From Nitrososphaeria archaeon (GTDB taxonomy: Archaea; Thermoproteota; Nitrososphaeria; Nitrososphaerales; JAAOZN01), in NCBI GenBank assembly GCA_029775855.1, contig JARVJZ010000004.1:88589-152588 (forward strand): a DNA stretch of 64,000 bases, written 5' to 3'. Position numbers and translations under genes: made by a program. Positions 39,355-49,101 of the stretch are shown here, piece after piece. Under the pieces are notes generated by a model. It ran no database searches and had not been told where the DNA came from. It was given only the letters and a program-made list of their open reading frames with translations. Each line of letters opens with the position of its first letter. Positions within the stretch are counted from its first letter, which is position 1.

Positions 39355-40836
39355 ATTTTGTGGCAATAGTTTTATCGCCAAATCGTTAGTTCTGTAGATA
39401 GGCATCGAGATATTCTTGAGTTTTCTATCATTTTCATTTCTTCTTGCAAAGTTCAGCTTATAAATCATTGCTTCATTTCCCTACTAGTATGGCTTAACAG
39501 GAGCCTATTTGGATGCAGTCCTTATCTTTTGTTGTTAAAGGACTAATCAAGGTATATATGGTGGACGTAGGTTTATATCTCACAAACTAAATTAGGTTAT
39601 TACCTTTAGTTCGACCATTCAAATTATGACTATGTTTACCTAAATAGTCTTGTATAGTAGTAGGTAGGATCGCCGAAAAAGAATTTTCTTAATATATCCT
39701 CCAAATATTGTTCAAGTTCTACAATTCTTGGTTTACTTTGTTCTTTATAAACCTTATAACCATCATAGAAACACTCATGCTCTTTACAATTTTTTAATCC
39801 GCACAAAGCAAATTTCCAACGAAGTCTATCTTCGATGCCAAACATTGGAAATTTGTCACCAAATTTAATTTTATATTTTTCCACATGAAGACCATATATA
39901 CTTTCAAATCGGTCATCCCAGCAGTCAGGGTGATAGAATGGCTTGTTCGTTGCAGGATGATAGAAAGTTTTGATGTATTCCTTTCTCTTATAATTCCCGA
40001 CAATTAGATTGGTTACACCTATTCCAAAGCCAGCAACAGCTGTCCAATCAATGTTGGATATATGGGTGTGAACATACTCCATATTTTCACACGCTATCAT
40101 ATGCGCTTCATAGAATTTCTTGGCTACGCTTGCGTGTGTTTGTGTGATAATTTTAAATTCTTCAGGGTTAGAGCCCTTAATCGAAATTTCGATAACAACT
40201 TTGAAAGGCTTATCTTTAAGAGGACTGAAGACAGCTTTTAATTCATCCTTATCGATGATGCCTAGAAGAATTCCGTTTGTTTGGATAAGTATAGAATTGT
40301 TAAACCTAGGCGAGATATCCTCTGGAATTTTCATTAGAAAGTATACATAATGTTCTAGCGATTTTTTGTTTAGAAAAGGTTCTCCACCAAGAATTCTAAA
40401 CCAGTTATAAGAGGATTTGTTGCCCGGAATTGGAATTCTACTCATGAATGTTAGAAATTCGTCAACTAATCTATCTAGAGACACGCAGATAACTTTTTTA
40501 TTCTTTTTAGCCTTTTCATGCCAAGAGTAATTATAAGCGAAACAAGGGATGCAACGGAGATTACAAAAAGCAGACCTTATTACAACCTCACCTGGTGGAG
40601 TTGGTCCACACTCAGCGTTTGTGACAATTTTTCCGTTATCTACTTTAAATTTTAGTGTTTTAGTGATTTCTTCTCCAAATAGTGAGAATTGTTTCATTGG
40701 GAAGTCTCTCCTCTAACTTCCGATAATTTATCTTACTAACTCATATTTAAAAGTGGTTTAAAGAATATTTCTATGCTTCTTTAGGCGCCTTCCTCTAGGT
40801 CATTCTCTTTATATTAATGTCACACCGTCCCTATCA
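39332..40836. mobile_element. Degenerate tRNA-Trp-integrated islet (att-like direct repeats, no integrase)
   Basis: TTCAAGTCCCACCGTCCCCACCA (39332-39354) versus TTAATGTCACACCGTCCCTATCA (40814-40836): 18/23 identical, ungapped; AT-rich interior. Confidence 0.6.
39636..40697 (-). CDS. Radical SAM protein (divergent, COG5014-like)
   Basis: CNLRCIPC, FRILGGEP, IQTNGILLG, ISIKG..PEEF..IT; AT-rich codons. Confidence 0.85.
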   Translation of the reverse strand: MKQFSLFGEEITKTLKFKVDNGKIVTNAECGPTPPGEVVIRSAFCNLRCIPCFAYNYSWHEKAKKNKKVICVSLDRLVDEFLTFMSRIPIPGNKSSYNWFRILGGEPFLNKKSLEHYVYFLMKIPEDISPRFNNSILIQTNGILLGIIDKDELKAVFSPLKDKPFKVVIEISIKGSNPEEFKIITQTHASVAKKFYEAHMIACENMEYVHTHISNIDWTAVAGFGIGVTNLIVGNYKRKEYIKTFYHPATNKPFYHPDCWDDRFESIYGLHVEKYKIKFGDKFPMFGIEDRLRWKFALCGLKNCKEHECFYDGYKVYKEQSKPRIVELEQYLEDILRKFFFGDPTYYYTRLFR

Positions 40837-40865
40837 ACTACTACCTCAAGGTAATAAGACTAATC

Positions 40866-43800
40866 TTACTTGCCTTTGGTTATTCTTGACTTTTTTAGGA
40901 GTACTACTATTATTGATACTGCTATGAGTAAAATAACTGAGACCAGTAAGGCTAGATTTAAGTTCTCTGGCGCTGAGACCGCAATTTGTGGAGTTGTAGA
41001 GGTAGGCGTTTCACTTATTGCTTGGGAACTTTCGGTGAATACGCTTTTTTCTCTCTTGGTTTCTATAGTTGTTGTGGTTTCGGTCTTTTCGCTGGCTTGT
41101 GTTTTTATAACCTCTATAGAGCCGCTTGCCTTTAACTTTACGACCGCTAGAACGGGGTCTCCAGTACTCAGAGTAAGAACTATCTCCTTTTTGCCCTCAT
41201 CGTAAACCCAGTTTCTTAGCAGTATATATTCTTCTTTCTGCGCAAGGTACTTGAAGATGCCTATTTCATCAGCTTTCTTAACGTCTAATTCACTTATTTT
41301 AACACTAACAGCTACAGATGCTTCATCTGCCTCGATTATATCTAGGAGTAAAAACTTGGCTTTTTCAGCTATTTCGATTACCTTTGACTCTTTGAATGGA
41401 TTCTCTTGAAGTTGAGTTATCTGCACCACTATCTTACCCTTTGATTCGACTGTGACACCCAGATTTGAGTGAACTTGCCCTTGACCTACAACAGTTTCAC
41501 TTTTAGATGTCACGCTCCTGAGGGTCAAAACACCAGTAGTAGGCTTTGATAAGGCTACCCCAACAAGAGTAGCGCCGTCTAACCTTAACTCTCCAGATCT
41601 AACGACCTTCCCATCTAATTCTGCTAAGAACCTAGGCTTCATAACTTCGTCAGACACTAGAACAAGAAAGTTTCTCACACCAGAAAGCTTAATCTTATCG
41701 TTTTCAACCTTTATAGGCGCATCGGCCCAAACCTCCAACTTACCACCACTGCTATAGTATACTTCTCCACCTTTAGTATCTTCTAGTGAGATTACCGTGG
41801 CTGCTACAGTATGTCCATCAGCATTCACCTGGAGTACTAAGTTTTCTTTGAGCAGATTTTGATCGACCTCAGCTTCGAAGCTGAATCGTTCTTGGCTTCT
41901 AGGCTTTACTTCTTTTTTATCGGATCTGATTTCGTTATGGCCGTTGGCTAATCCAATATAAACATTCGCTGGCTCATCTCCCAAGTTATGAACGGTAGCT
42001 TCGATGCGGGCTACCCCTTCTTTTATGCTGATCTCAACATCTTCTTGTCTAAAAACTATCACTGCACGTAATTTCTCAGCATAGCTTCCTGGTTCAGCTC
42101 TGCTTACTATTTGTGCAGCGTCATGTAGCAGCCTAGCCATTTCATCTATGGTTAGTGAGATATAGTACGTGTCTTCGTATGAAAATCTTAATGATGGTGT
42201 TGAAACTATTAAGTTCAAAACGTCTAGGAGCTCTTGGCGAAGAGCCGAGAATAAAGTTAAGTTACCGGCTATTTCGTTTTGCAGCTCGGGTGTAAGAGCT
42301 TTTAAGGCTGCTCTCCTCAACATTAAGTCTGCTGAATTAACTACATCGATGATTAAGTTAAGGTCACTTATACTGTAGCTGACTTGTGATAAGGAAACTA
42401 AAAGCCTAGCTTTAACTTTATTTAATTGTGATGATAAGTCATTTAGGTCTTTGACGTCTTTGTTGTAGTCGGAAAAAAGAGTGGATGGGGAGCCAGTGTT
42501 TATCATAAATTTAGATGGGATGTAAGTCAAAGTTGATTCCAATGGTATAGGTCTAGGTGACTCAAATTGGTTGACAAATAGAGTAGTCTTAGGACTGGCT
42601 ATACGTAATGTTACTAGTGTTGATAGAATTGGTCCGAGAACTTGTGCTGTGTGTATAAGCGCGAAGACAAAAGCTTCAAATTTACTCTCTTGCCCGCCGA
42701 CGAAAGCGTAGTATAGGGTTGGGGTCCAAACCCCCTTTACCGCCATGTCAAACAAACTGCTTAAGATTAAAGCAAGGTAAAGCTTTGCTACTACATCTTT
42801 TAAGCCTACTTGCTTAGTTGTGGTGCCAGCCTTGAAGGTTAGAGGAATGTTCAAAGCCTTTAAGAGTTGGGGGCTTACGGATATGCTTGAACCCATCATC
42901 TTCTCGTGTATCCCATCAAGCCCTCTAGCTATTGACAGTAGGAGTGCTGCAATATTCTGCGCTTTGATTAACACGTCTGCTGTACCATAGAAGAGCTCTT
43001 CAGTGTAGCTGTAGAAGGATGCAGAGGATAATACGCCTTCACGTTCAACCCTACCACTCCACGTTTGAGAGGCTGGCTTTTTGCTTCGTAGAGAAGATAA
43101 TGGTGAAGTTAGGCTTTCAAAATCGGCTAGCTCATTCGGATACTTTCCAAGGTTAGGCAGTGAAAGCAGGATTACGTTGTTGAGAGCAGGGATTAGAGGA
43201 GAAACTACAGATAACACTGGCGTCCCTACAGGGAAATAGGTGTATTGGGAATCGAGCTCGTTCACTACTATTAACTGCATCATCACATTGTAGAGGTACA
43301 TGAGAGTGTGTGCTATAAGTGTACTTAAAACTTGAAACATCAATTCAAAACTTAACTCACCTAAAAATTCTCCCATACCGATCAGCGAAGAGTAATAAAA
43401 TCTTATTAATTTGAACGAAAAAGCTATAAAAGCAGTGGAGGCTTCTTTACTTCCAAGCATCTCATTAAGGGTTCTGGATATTAAGTCGTTTCCCAGTATA
43501 TTCAGTAGTGAAAGTATAGTGCCTTCAGTTACTAGATACGCTATCTTCTTACTGCCTAATATGGTTGCTACTTCTTTTGGTGCGATGTTGGGATACTTCT
43601 TAGCGATCTGCGCAAAAATATTCTTCTGGTTCCAGAATTTAGTATAGCTGAAATATCCTTTAAAGGTCTCTAAGGTCATGGCTAGAGCGAGTATCTTAGA
43701 GGTTAGTAGAGTTGATAATTCAGCATAGAAATAGTTTCTAAGCATTAATCCTTGTAGGGCAACCAGTTTAGCTAGCTTATTCCAGTAGTTAGTTGGGACA

Positions 43801-46800
43801 TCTATATCGGTAGGACTTAGCCTGAACTGTGGTAGACTAAGGTTCAGAGGATTATTGAAGACTTCCAGTTCAGTACCCCTAGTCTCTTCTGTGCCTATAG
43901 TTGGAAAGATTACCCTTGGTCCTATGTACATTAGATCTTCTTGTCTTTTTAAGGTAGTTGCAAAAATTTCTTTAAGAATATTCTTTATGTCTGACTCGCC
44001 GCTGAAACGGTCTAAGGAATTTAAGAGATTTTGAGCAAATCGCAGCATCTGATTTACTATGGTATGGTCAGCAAGTACCATCTTGTAGTTTGGTTCTACA
44101 GCAAGTTTCTTTTGGTAATCAATATAGTATGTGAAAAGTGAGTATGGTAAGTAGAGTTTTACGTCGTAGACCGCAATTCCTTGAGTTTTTTCTTCTTTAG
44201 GTATTACAACTCTAACTCCCGCATCATTAACATTTAAAGTAGGGTATCCTTTAATACCATAAGAACCGAAATATATTGTATAAGATATTCGATAGACCGC
44301 ATCTTCCTTAATATTCTCATCGTCGTCTAAGGAAACCAGAAGCGGCTTTGAACCCACGCTAAAGCTCTCTATTACTTTGTTAGTCTTGGTGTCGATCAAA
44401 TTGATAGCTACAGGTTTGGGTAAGGGTCTCTCAAGCTTTCCGCTATAGATGCTTTCCCTTATAGAAGTGAGAATATTCCTCCTCCAAGGGTTATCTGGGT
44501 ATCCTAGGTATAAGTCATACGCAGTGATACGTAAGTATTTTCCAAAGGTGTATATGTCGATCCAGCTCGTGGAATCAGCTCCTCTACTATCCTCCGCTTT
44601 TAACCTCAGATATAGGAACTTGGGCACATCACCACGTAAGGTTTCATTTAGCTTGCTGTATGAGGGTATCTTAATCTTGAAGTAAGCATATCCAGTTTTA
44701 TCAGCCTTGCTTTGCATTTTTGATAGTTGCAGTACAACAGTTTTATTTGTTAGTTCTAACCAACTTTCTAATTTGACTGTAACATCCTCAGAACCTTCAC
44801 CATAACTTGCGGTGATAACCTCTACTTCTTCTCCGCTAAGCACTGAATACTTGTCTGGAATTATAAATAAGATCTTACTTTCTCTCTGATACACAGAGGC
44901 TTCGGCTTCTCCATATGGGAACTCTAATATTGTGTTTACATAAACTTCACCCCCAGAAAACATTAGAGGTGTGTAGGTATTGTTTTGCCGTATTATTTGC
45001 CCCATCCAAGCGAAGATGGCATATTGTGTTTCGCCCTGTTCAACTTGGTTTATCGTATCTTTGTCGACGAATGCTCTATTTAGATATAACTCAGCGTATA
45101 ACGGAAAAGTCCTAAATACACCTTTAACAGTAGCGTTGACATATCCTAGTGGCTCACTACTAATTTTGTAGGCCTCAGATTTTTGTTCATGGCTTACTCC
45201 GGTGAGATAACTTTGGTAGGTGGTGGAGCGATCTTCTGCAAACTGCATAAGGACATTAACAGACGGTGGCTTATTATACAGGTAGAGCAGAAGGTCTATC
45301 TTAGAACTTGACTGGAAGACATCTGAGCTTCTACTTTCATCCCACACTATCTCGTCTTTAAAGAACGCTCTACGCTCTCTTAATGAGTAAAATTTATTAT
45401 AGTCTATCTCCTTTGAAACTATCTGAGCTTCTGGTGGGAGTTCAACCTTTTCTTGGATAAAATAAGACTCCCCAGTATAAAGAACTTTTTGGTAACGCTT
45501 AAAGTGCATCTCATGTGAATACATAATGCATTCTAATGATGTAGCTTCAATCGCATAACCAGGTGGAGCAGGGTTAGGCAACCATCCTCCAACCTTAACT
45601 AATCCGCTAACTCGTGTCTTGGCTTGGGCTTCCTCCACTTCAATACCTAGAGGATTCTTACTGTTCTTATAAAGAGATTGCGCGTGATTATAAAGAATTC
45701 CGACATTTAAAAGTAAAGCCCCATCATCTGCATAACCCGCCTTATTAACACTTAACCTTGTATAGGTAGTGTAGGAGCCGTCGAACTTCACCTGCGGAGT
45801 TTCAACGGTATCGGAGAACGTCTTAAGGTCGTAATGAACATGCTTGAGAAATGCTTGAAATCTTTCAGGCCCTACCTCAACTTCGAAATTAAAGGTTAGC
45901 TTAAACCTTTCTTTTGAATCCGATATGGTTAAGCTGACAATATCATTCCCTTTGTAGACCTCTGGATCAATTATGTAGAAGACTGCGGTGCTAAGGAAGA
46001 AACTTTTCATGTCATTGATAAGCAAGTCTATAGTTTGGTTATGCTTTGTAGTAGCTGCTCCTATAGGCTGGAAGATTCTGGTTTTATTCTTATTCCAAAA
46101 GACATGGTGTTTATATTCACTAAGATACCGTTCCATCTCCTCCTCAGTCCACTTAACGTGGATTATAGCGCCTGAGGGGTTAGGGGCAACTATATGCTCG
46201 TAGTCGGCAGGCGCGGCTGGAATGAAGTAGCCTACCTTACCCTCTGTGCTCCATGAGACCGTTAAATGAGAATAATAAAGATCATCTACCGGTAAAGAGC
46301 CCAACAAACTCATTAAATCGTTCGGAAAAGGAATACTCCTCCTTTCACCCTTCAATATACTCCTAACAACACTCAAGATGTTAACCTGTTTGAAACCTAA
46401 GGATAGGAGAAGGCTCTCACCCTTAGGTATCTTCACAGCCCCGCGGTTTGGTATCGTAAGATAAGTGTAAAGCGCTTCAGGGTATTCCTCGTAAACACTT
46501 TCAACTGGGAATGAAATGTGATAAAACATCACATCGCCTTCTTGGTAAAGAGTGTACATGTTCGGTTTAAGAGAGTCTGGGATATAGCCTCCCCACAACA
46601 AGTATTGATCAAACTTAATCTTATCTATGCGATAAGTTAGGTTATAGGGCTCACGACCTATCGTAATAGGTCCGACCTTTTTCCAGCCGGGGAAGGAGAT
46701 GTTTAGCAAGAAGTAATCTTTGCCCTTGTAGAGATAATTTGTAATATAGTCTAGGTATGTAGGTCTACTTTCAGCCTTCCAAAACTCCAGTGCACCTAAA

Positions 46801-47030
46801 GGTTCACTAAAACTTATTGGTGGGTCTATAACCTTGCCTAAGCTTTCGTAAGGCAAGCCTCTAAATACAAACATTCCGTTGATTATTAAGTTGTTTGAAA
46901 GCCAATTTCTTAATTGAGTGTATGGGTCATCTAAGGCCACCGCTAGTGGTGAAGATAAATTTGATAAAGCCAACATAAATATGAGCGATGATGCAGCTAG
47001 TTTTAGCGTATGGTTCTTCATCTCACACAT
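40866..47030 (-). CDS. Giant (2054 aa) secreted, C-terminally anchored multidomain surface protein
   Basis: Signal peptide, Ig/MG-like beta segments, hydrophobic helical core, CARDB-like segment, Thr/Ser linker, TM plus basic tail. Confidence 0.85.
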   Translation of the reverse strand: MCEMKNHTLKLAASSLIFMLALSNLSSPLAVALDDPYTQLRNWLSNNLIINGMFVFRGLPYESLGKVIDPPISFSEPLGALEFWKAESRPTYLDYITNYLYKGKDYFLLNISFPGWKKVGPITIGREPYNLTYRIDKIKFDQYLLWGGYIPDSLKPNMYTLYQEGDVMFYHISFPVESVYEEYPEALYTYLTIPNRGAVKIPKGESLLLSLGFKQVNILSVVRSILKGERRSIPFPNDLMSLLGSLPVDDLYYSHLTVSWSTEGKVGYFIPAAPADYEHIVAPNPSGAIIHVKWTEEEMERYLSEYKHHVFWNKNKTRIFQPIGAATTKHNQTIDLLINDMKSFFLSTAVFYIIDPEVYKGNDIVSLTISDSKERFKLTFNFEVEVGPERFQAFLKHVHYDLKTFSDTVETPQVKFDGSYTTYTRLSVNKAGYADDGALLLNVGILYNHAQSLYKNSKNPLGIEVEEAQAKTRVSGLVKVGGWLPNPAPPGYAIEATSLECIMYSHEMHFKRYQKVLYTGESYFIQEKVELPPEAQIVSKEIDYNKFYSLRERRAFFKDEIVWDESRSSDVFQSSSKIDLLLYLYNKPPSVNVLMQFAEDRSTTYQSYLTGVSHEQKSEAYKISSEPLGYVNATVKGVFRTFPLYAELYLNRAFVDKDTINQVEQGETQYAIFAWMGQIIRQNNTYTPLMFSGGEVYVNTILEFPYGEAEASVYQRESKILFIIPDKYSVLSGEEVEVITASYGEGSEDVTVKLESWLELTNKTVVLQLSKMQSKADKTGYAYFKIKIPSYSKLNETLRGDVPKFLYLRLKAEDSRGADSTSWIDIYTFGKYLRITAYDLYLGYPDNPWRRNILTSIRESIYSGKLERPLPKPVAINLIDTKTNKVIESFSVGSKPLLVSLDDDENIKEDAVYRISYTIYFGSYGIKGYPTLNVNDAGVRVVIPKEEKTQGIAVYDVKLYLPYSLFTYYIDYQKKLAVEPNYKMVLADHTIVNQMLRFAQNLLNSLDRFSGESDIKNILKEIFATTLKRQEDLMYIGPRVIFPTIGTEETRGTELEVFNNPLNLSLPQFRLSPTDIDVPTNYWNKLAKLVALQGLMLRNYFYAELSTLLTSKILALAMTLETFKGYFSYTKFWNQKNIFAQIAKKYPNIAPKEVATILGSKKIAYLVTEGTILSLLNILGNDLISRTLNEMLGSKEASTAFIAFSFKLIRFYYSSLIGMGEFLGELSFELMFQVLSTLIAHTLMYLYNVMMQLIVVNELDSQYTYFPVGTPVLSVVSPLIPALNNVILLSLPNLGKYPNELADFESLTSPLSSLRSKKPASQTWSGRVEREGVLSSASFYSYTEELFYGTADVLIKAQNIAALLLSIARGLDGIHEKMMGSSISVSPQLLKALNIPLTFKAGTTTKQVGLKDVVAKLYLALILSSLFDMAVKGVWTPTLYYAFVGGQESKFEAFVFALIHTAQVLGPILSTLVTLRIASPKTTLFVNQFESPRPIPLESTLTYIPSKFMINTGSPSTLFSDYNKDVKDLNDLSSQLNKVKARLLVSLSQVSYSISDLNLIIDVVNSADLMLRRAALKALTPELQNEIAGNLTLFSALRQELLDVLNLIVSTPSLRFSYEDTYYISLTIDEMARLLHDAAQIVSRAEPGSYAEKLRAVIVFRQEDVEISIKEGVARIEATVHNLGDEPANVYIGLANGHNEIRSDKKEVKPRSQERFSFEAEVDQNLLKENLVLQVNADGHTVAATVISLEDTKGGEVYYSSGGKLEVWADAPIKVENDKIKLSGVRNFLVLVSDEVMKPRFLAELDGKVVRSGELRLDGATLVGVALSKPTTGVLTLRSVTSKSETVVGQGQVHSNLGVTVESKGKIVVQITQLQENPFKESKVIEIAEKAKFLLLDIIEADEASVAVSVKISELDVKKADEIGIFKYLAQKEEYILLRNWVYDEGKKEIVLTLSTGDPVLAVVKLKASGSIEVIKTQASEKTETTTTIETKREKSVFTESSQAISETPTSTTPQIAVSAPENLNLALLVSVILLIAVSIIVVLLKKSRITKGK

Positions 47031-47279
47031 CTACTAGTTTTAGCTAAATTATTTAAATTATTCGTGACAAGTTGCGGAGGGGGTTGAAAAGAATACTTAC
47101 TTAACAGCGCTATATCAGTCCTTATTTTGAATCTTGCCGATGCTCCCTGTCTCAGGCATTCAATTTCACCCCTATGCTTTATCCGCTGCTAGAGACCCGT
47201 TTTATATGATTATGCATCCAAGAAAACATAGCTGAAAAAGGTAAACTTTAAAGAAAGGCTTATATAGTTTATTAACAGC

Positions 47280-49100
47280 ATGTGCATCAATTTGAGCGTC
47301 AAGCATCTTTTATCAAGGAGGCAGACTCTTGCCGTCCTCCTTACAATTGCGATTATTGGAGGGTTACTTTTCATTCCTCAAGCATCCGCCATCAGGGTGG
47401 AGATAAGCGGTATAACCAGCGGTGAAACTATAACGCTTGGTGTAGTTAAAGAACTTGAGTTTAGGATAGTTGTGGAAAGCGGCGAAGTGGTGCCTGTGCA
47501 AGAGATACGTGTAGTCATAGATGGTGTGCAATACACAGCTCCACCTACTGGTGGTGACCTAACACCAGCAAACAGCATCATACCAACAATCACACTAGTT
47601 ACACCACCACCAGGCTACTTCTACTCAGCAAGCTACGGCTACGGATACGGATACCTCTACGGATACGGATATGCATTCGGATATGGATACAGAGCTCTCT
47701 ACGGCTACGGTTACGGATATGGTTTCACATCTGGCAGCCAGATAAGGTATTCAGCATCACTCTACACATCATATCTAAGTTTAGGCAGCCACACAATAAG
47801 GGTTGATGTAGCGACTGGTCTCCAGCCCTCAAACATATTCTCCTCACAGACCATATCGTTCACGTTAGTATCCCCGCCTACACCTACACAACCAGCACCA
47901 TCAGCACCACCAACAGCGTCTGATCTCGAAGCTATGTCTGCTGAGGAGAGGGCTGCACAACTTACACAGATGAATGCATCTGACGCAGCAAATAGAATTG
48001 AGCAGATGAGCGTAGACAAAGCTGTAGAAGCAATAAAGGCGATGAACGCTACAGACGCAGCAAGAATACTTAACCTCGTCAACACAACTAGAGCTGCTCA
48101 AATCCTAGCCAGATTAACCGTTGAAGAAGCGGTTAGAATTACACTTAACCTCAACGTGGACAAAGCTGCAGACGTCGTTTTAACGATGGATGTAAGAGAA
48201 GCCGCGCCGGTAGTTGAGGGAATGACTAGGGAGAATCTGCATAGGGCTGCTCAAGTAGTAGATAATATGATTGCTAAGGATGCTGCAGGCGCAGCTAGAG
48301 TTATAGATGAACTACCTCCAGACGTGGCAGCTGATCTACTACTCGAGATAGCTGGGTTGCCCTCAACACCTGAGAAGGCCGCTATGCTCATAGATGCGAT
48401 GAGCTTAACGAAGGCTGTTGACGCCGTAAAGTCGATTATAGCATCCAACAAGATGCAGACACTCGCACAGATACTCAGCCACGTATCAACAAGCAGACTC
48501 AACGAAATATTCAAGCAGCTCTCATCTAGTGAGAGGCTCAGAACCCTACCATATCTCGACGCAGCGACACAAGCTAGGTTGAAACACGTAAAGGCGACCT
48601 TGACAGTAGAAAGGGTGGATGCACAGCCGGGCAGCTCAGTCAAAGTTAGGTTGGCCCTATCATCTACTCAACCCATACCTGAAGGCTCTGTATCATTCAG
48701 CATCCCAGCCGCTTTCAAGACAAAAGCTCTATCTGTTGAAGGGCTACCTGGAACATCTGCAAGAGAGGCTACTAGGCTCATAGTCACTAAGTTGGCTACT
48801 CAACCATCATACGCAGCTGCTTCAGTCGCATTCGACTTGGTTGTGCCACTTAACGCCAGCGTCTCGGTTGGGCAGATTGTCACGGTAGTTGCGTCGGTGA
48901 ACGTGCCAGACTTTGCTGTAAGCTTTGACACACCAACAGCGGTAAGTGTGACTGTGGTTAAACCTACGGTGCAGAGCATATTCAGCGCCTTAAACTCCTA
49001 CTTCGATAAGACAGTAAGCGTATACACTGAGGGAAGAGTGCCTGTGAAGCAAGACATATACAGCTTACTGGACTTCTACTTCAGAGGGAGAGTGGATTAA
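47280..49100 (+). CDS. Secreted protein: GY repeats, MgtE-N/FliG-like helical repeats, beta-sandwich, putative dockerin-like tail
   Basis: Signal peptide; GYGYGY tract; about 12-aa M....AA..I/L periodicity; terminal duplicated helices IFSALNSYF / IYSLLDFYF. Confidence 0.8.
   Translation: MCINLSVKHLLSRRQTLAVLLTIAIIGGLLFIPQASAIRVEISGITSGETITLGVVKELEFRIVVESGEVVPVQEIRVVIDGVQYTAPPTGGDLTPANSIIPTITLVTPPPGYFYSASYGYGYGYLYGYGYAFGYGYRALYGYGYGYGFTSGSQIRYSASLYTSYLSLGSHTIRVDVATGLQPSNIFSSQTISFTLVSPPTPTQPAPSAPPTASDLEAMSAEERAAQLTQMNASDAANRIEQMSVDKAVEAIKAMNATDAARILNLVNTTRAAQILARLTVEEAVRITLNLNVDKAADVVLTMDVREAAPVVEGMTRENLHRAAQVVDNMIAKDAAGAARVIDELPPDVAADLLLEIAGLPSTPEKAAMLIDAMSLTKAVDAVKSIIASNKMQTLAQILSHVSTSRLNEIFKQLSSSERLRTLPYLDAATQARLKHVKATLTVERVDAQPGSSVKVRLALSSTQPIPEGSVSFSIPAAFKTKALSVEGLPGTSAREATRLIVTKLATQPSYAAASVAFDLVVPLNASVSVGQIVTVVASVNVPDFAVSFDTPTAVSVTVVKPTVQSIFSALNSYFDKTVSVYTEGRVPVKQDIYSLLDFYFRGRVD
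47613..47726 (+). repeat. Coding Gly-Tyr repeat tract
   Basis: Encodes GYFYSASYGYGYGYLYGYGYAFGYGYRALYGYGYGYGF using TACGGA/TACGGC/TATGGA units. Confidence 0.85.
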
Positions 49101-49101
49101 G

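Noticed and set aside
47073-47088. TGCGGAGGGGGTTGAA as a possible att copy of the tRNA-Gly 3' end
   Set aside because: It needs several gaps to align, which is too weak to call an island boundary.
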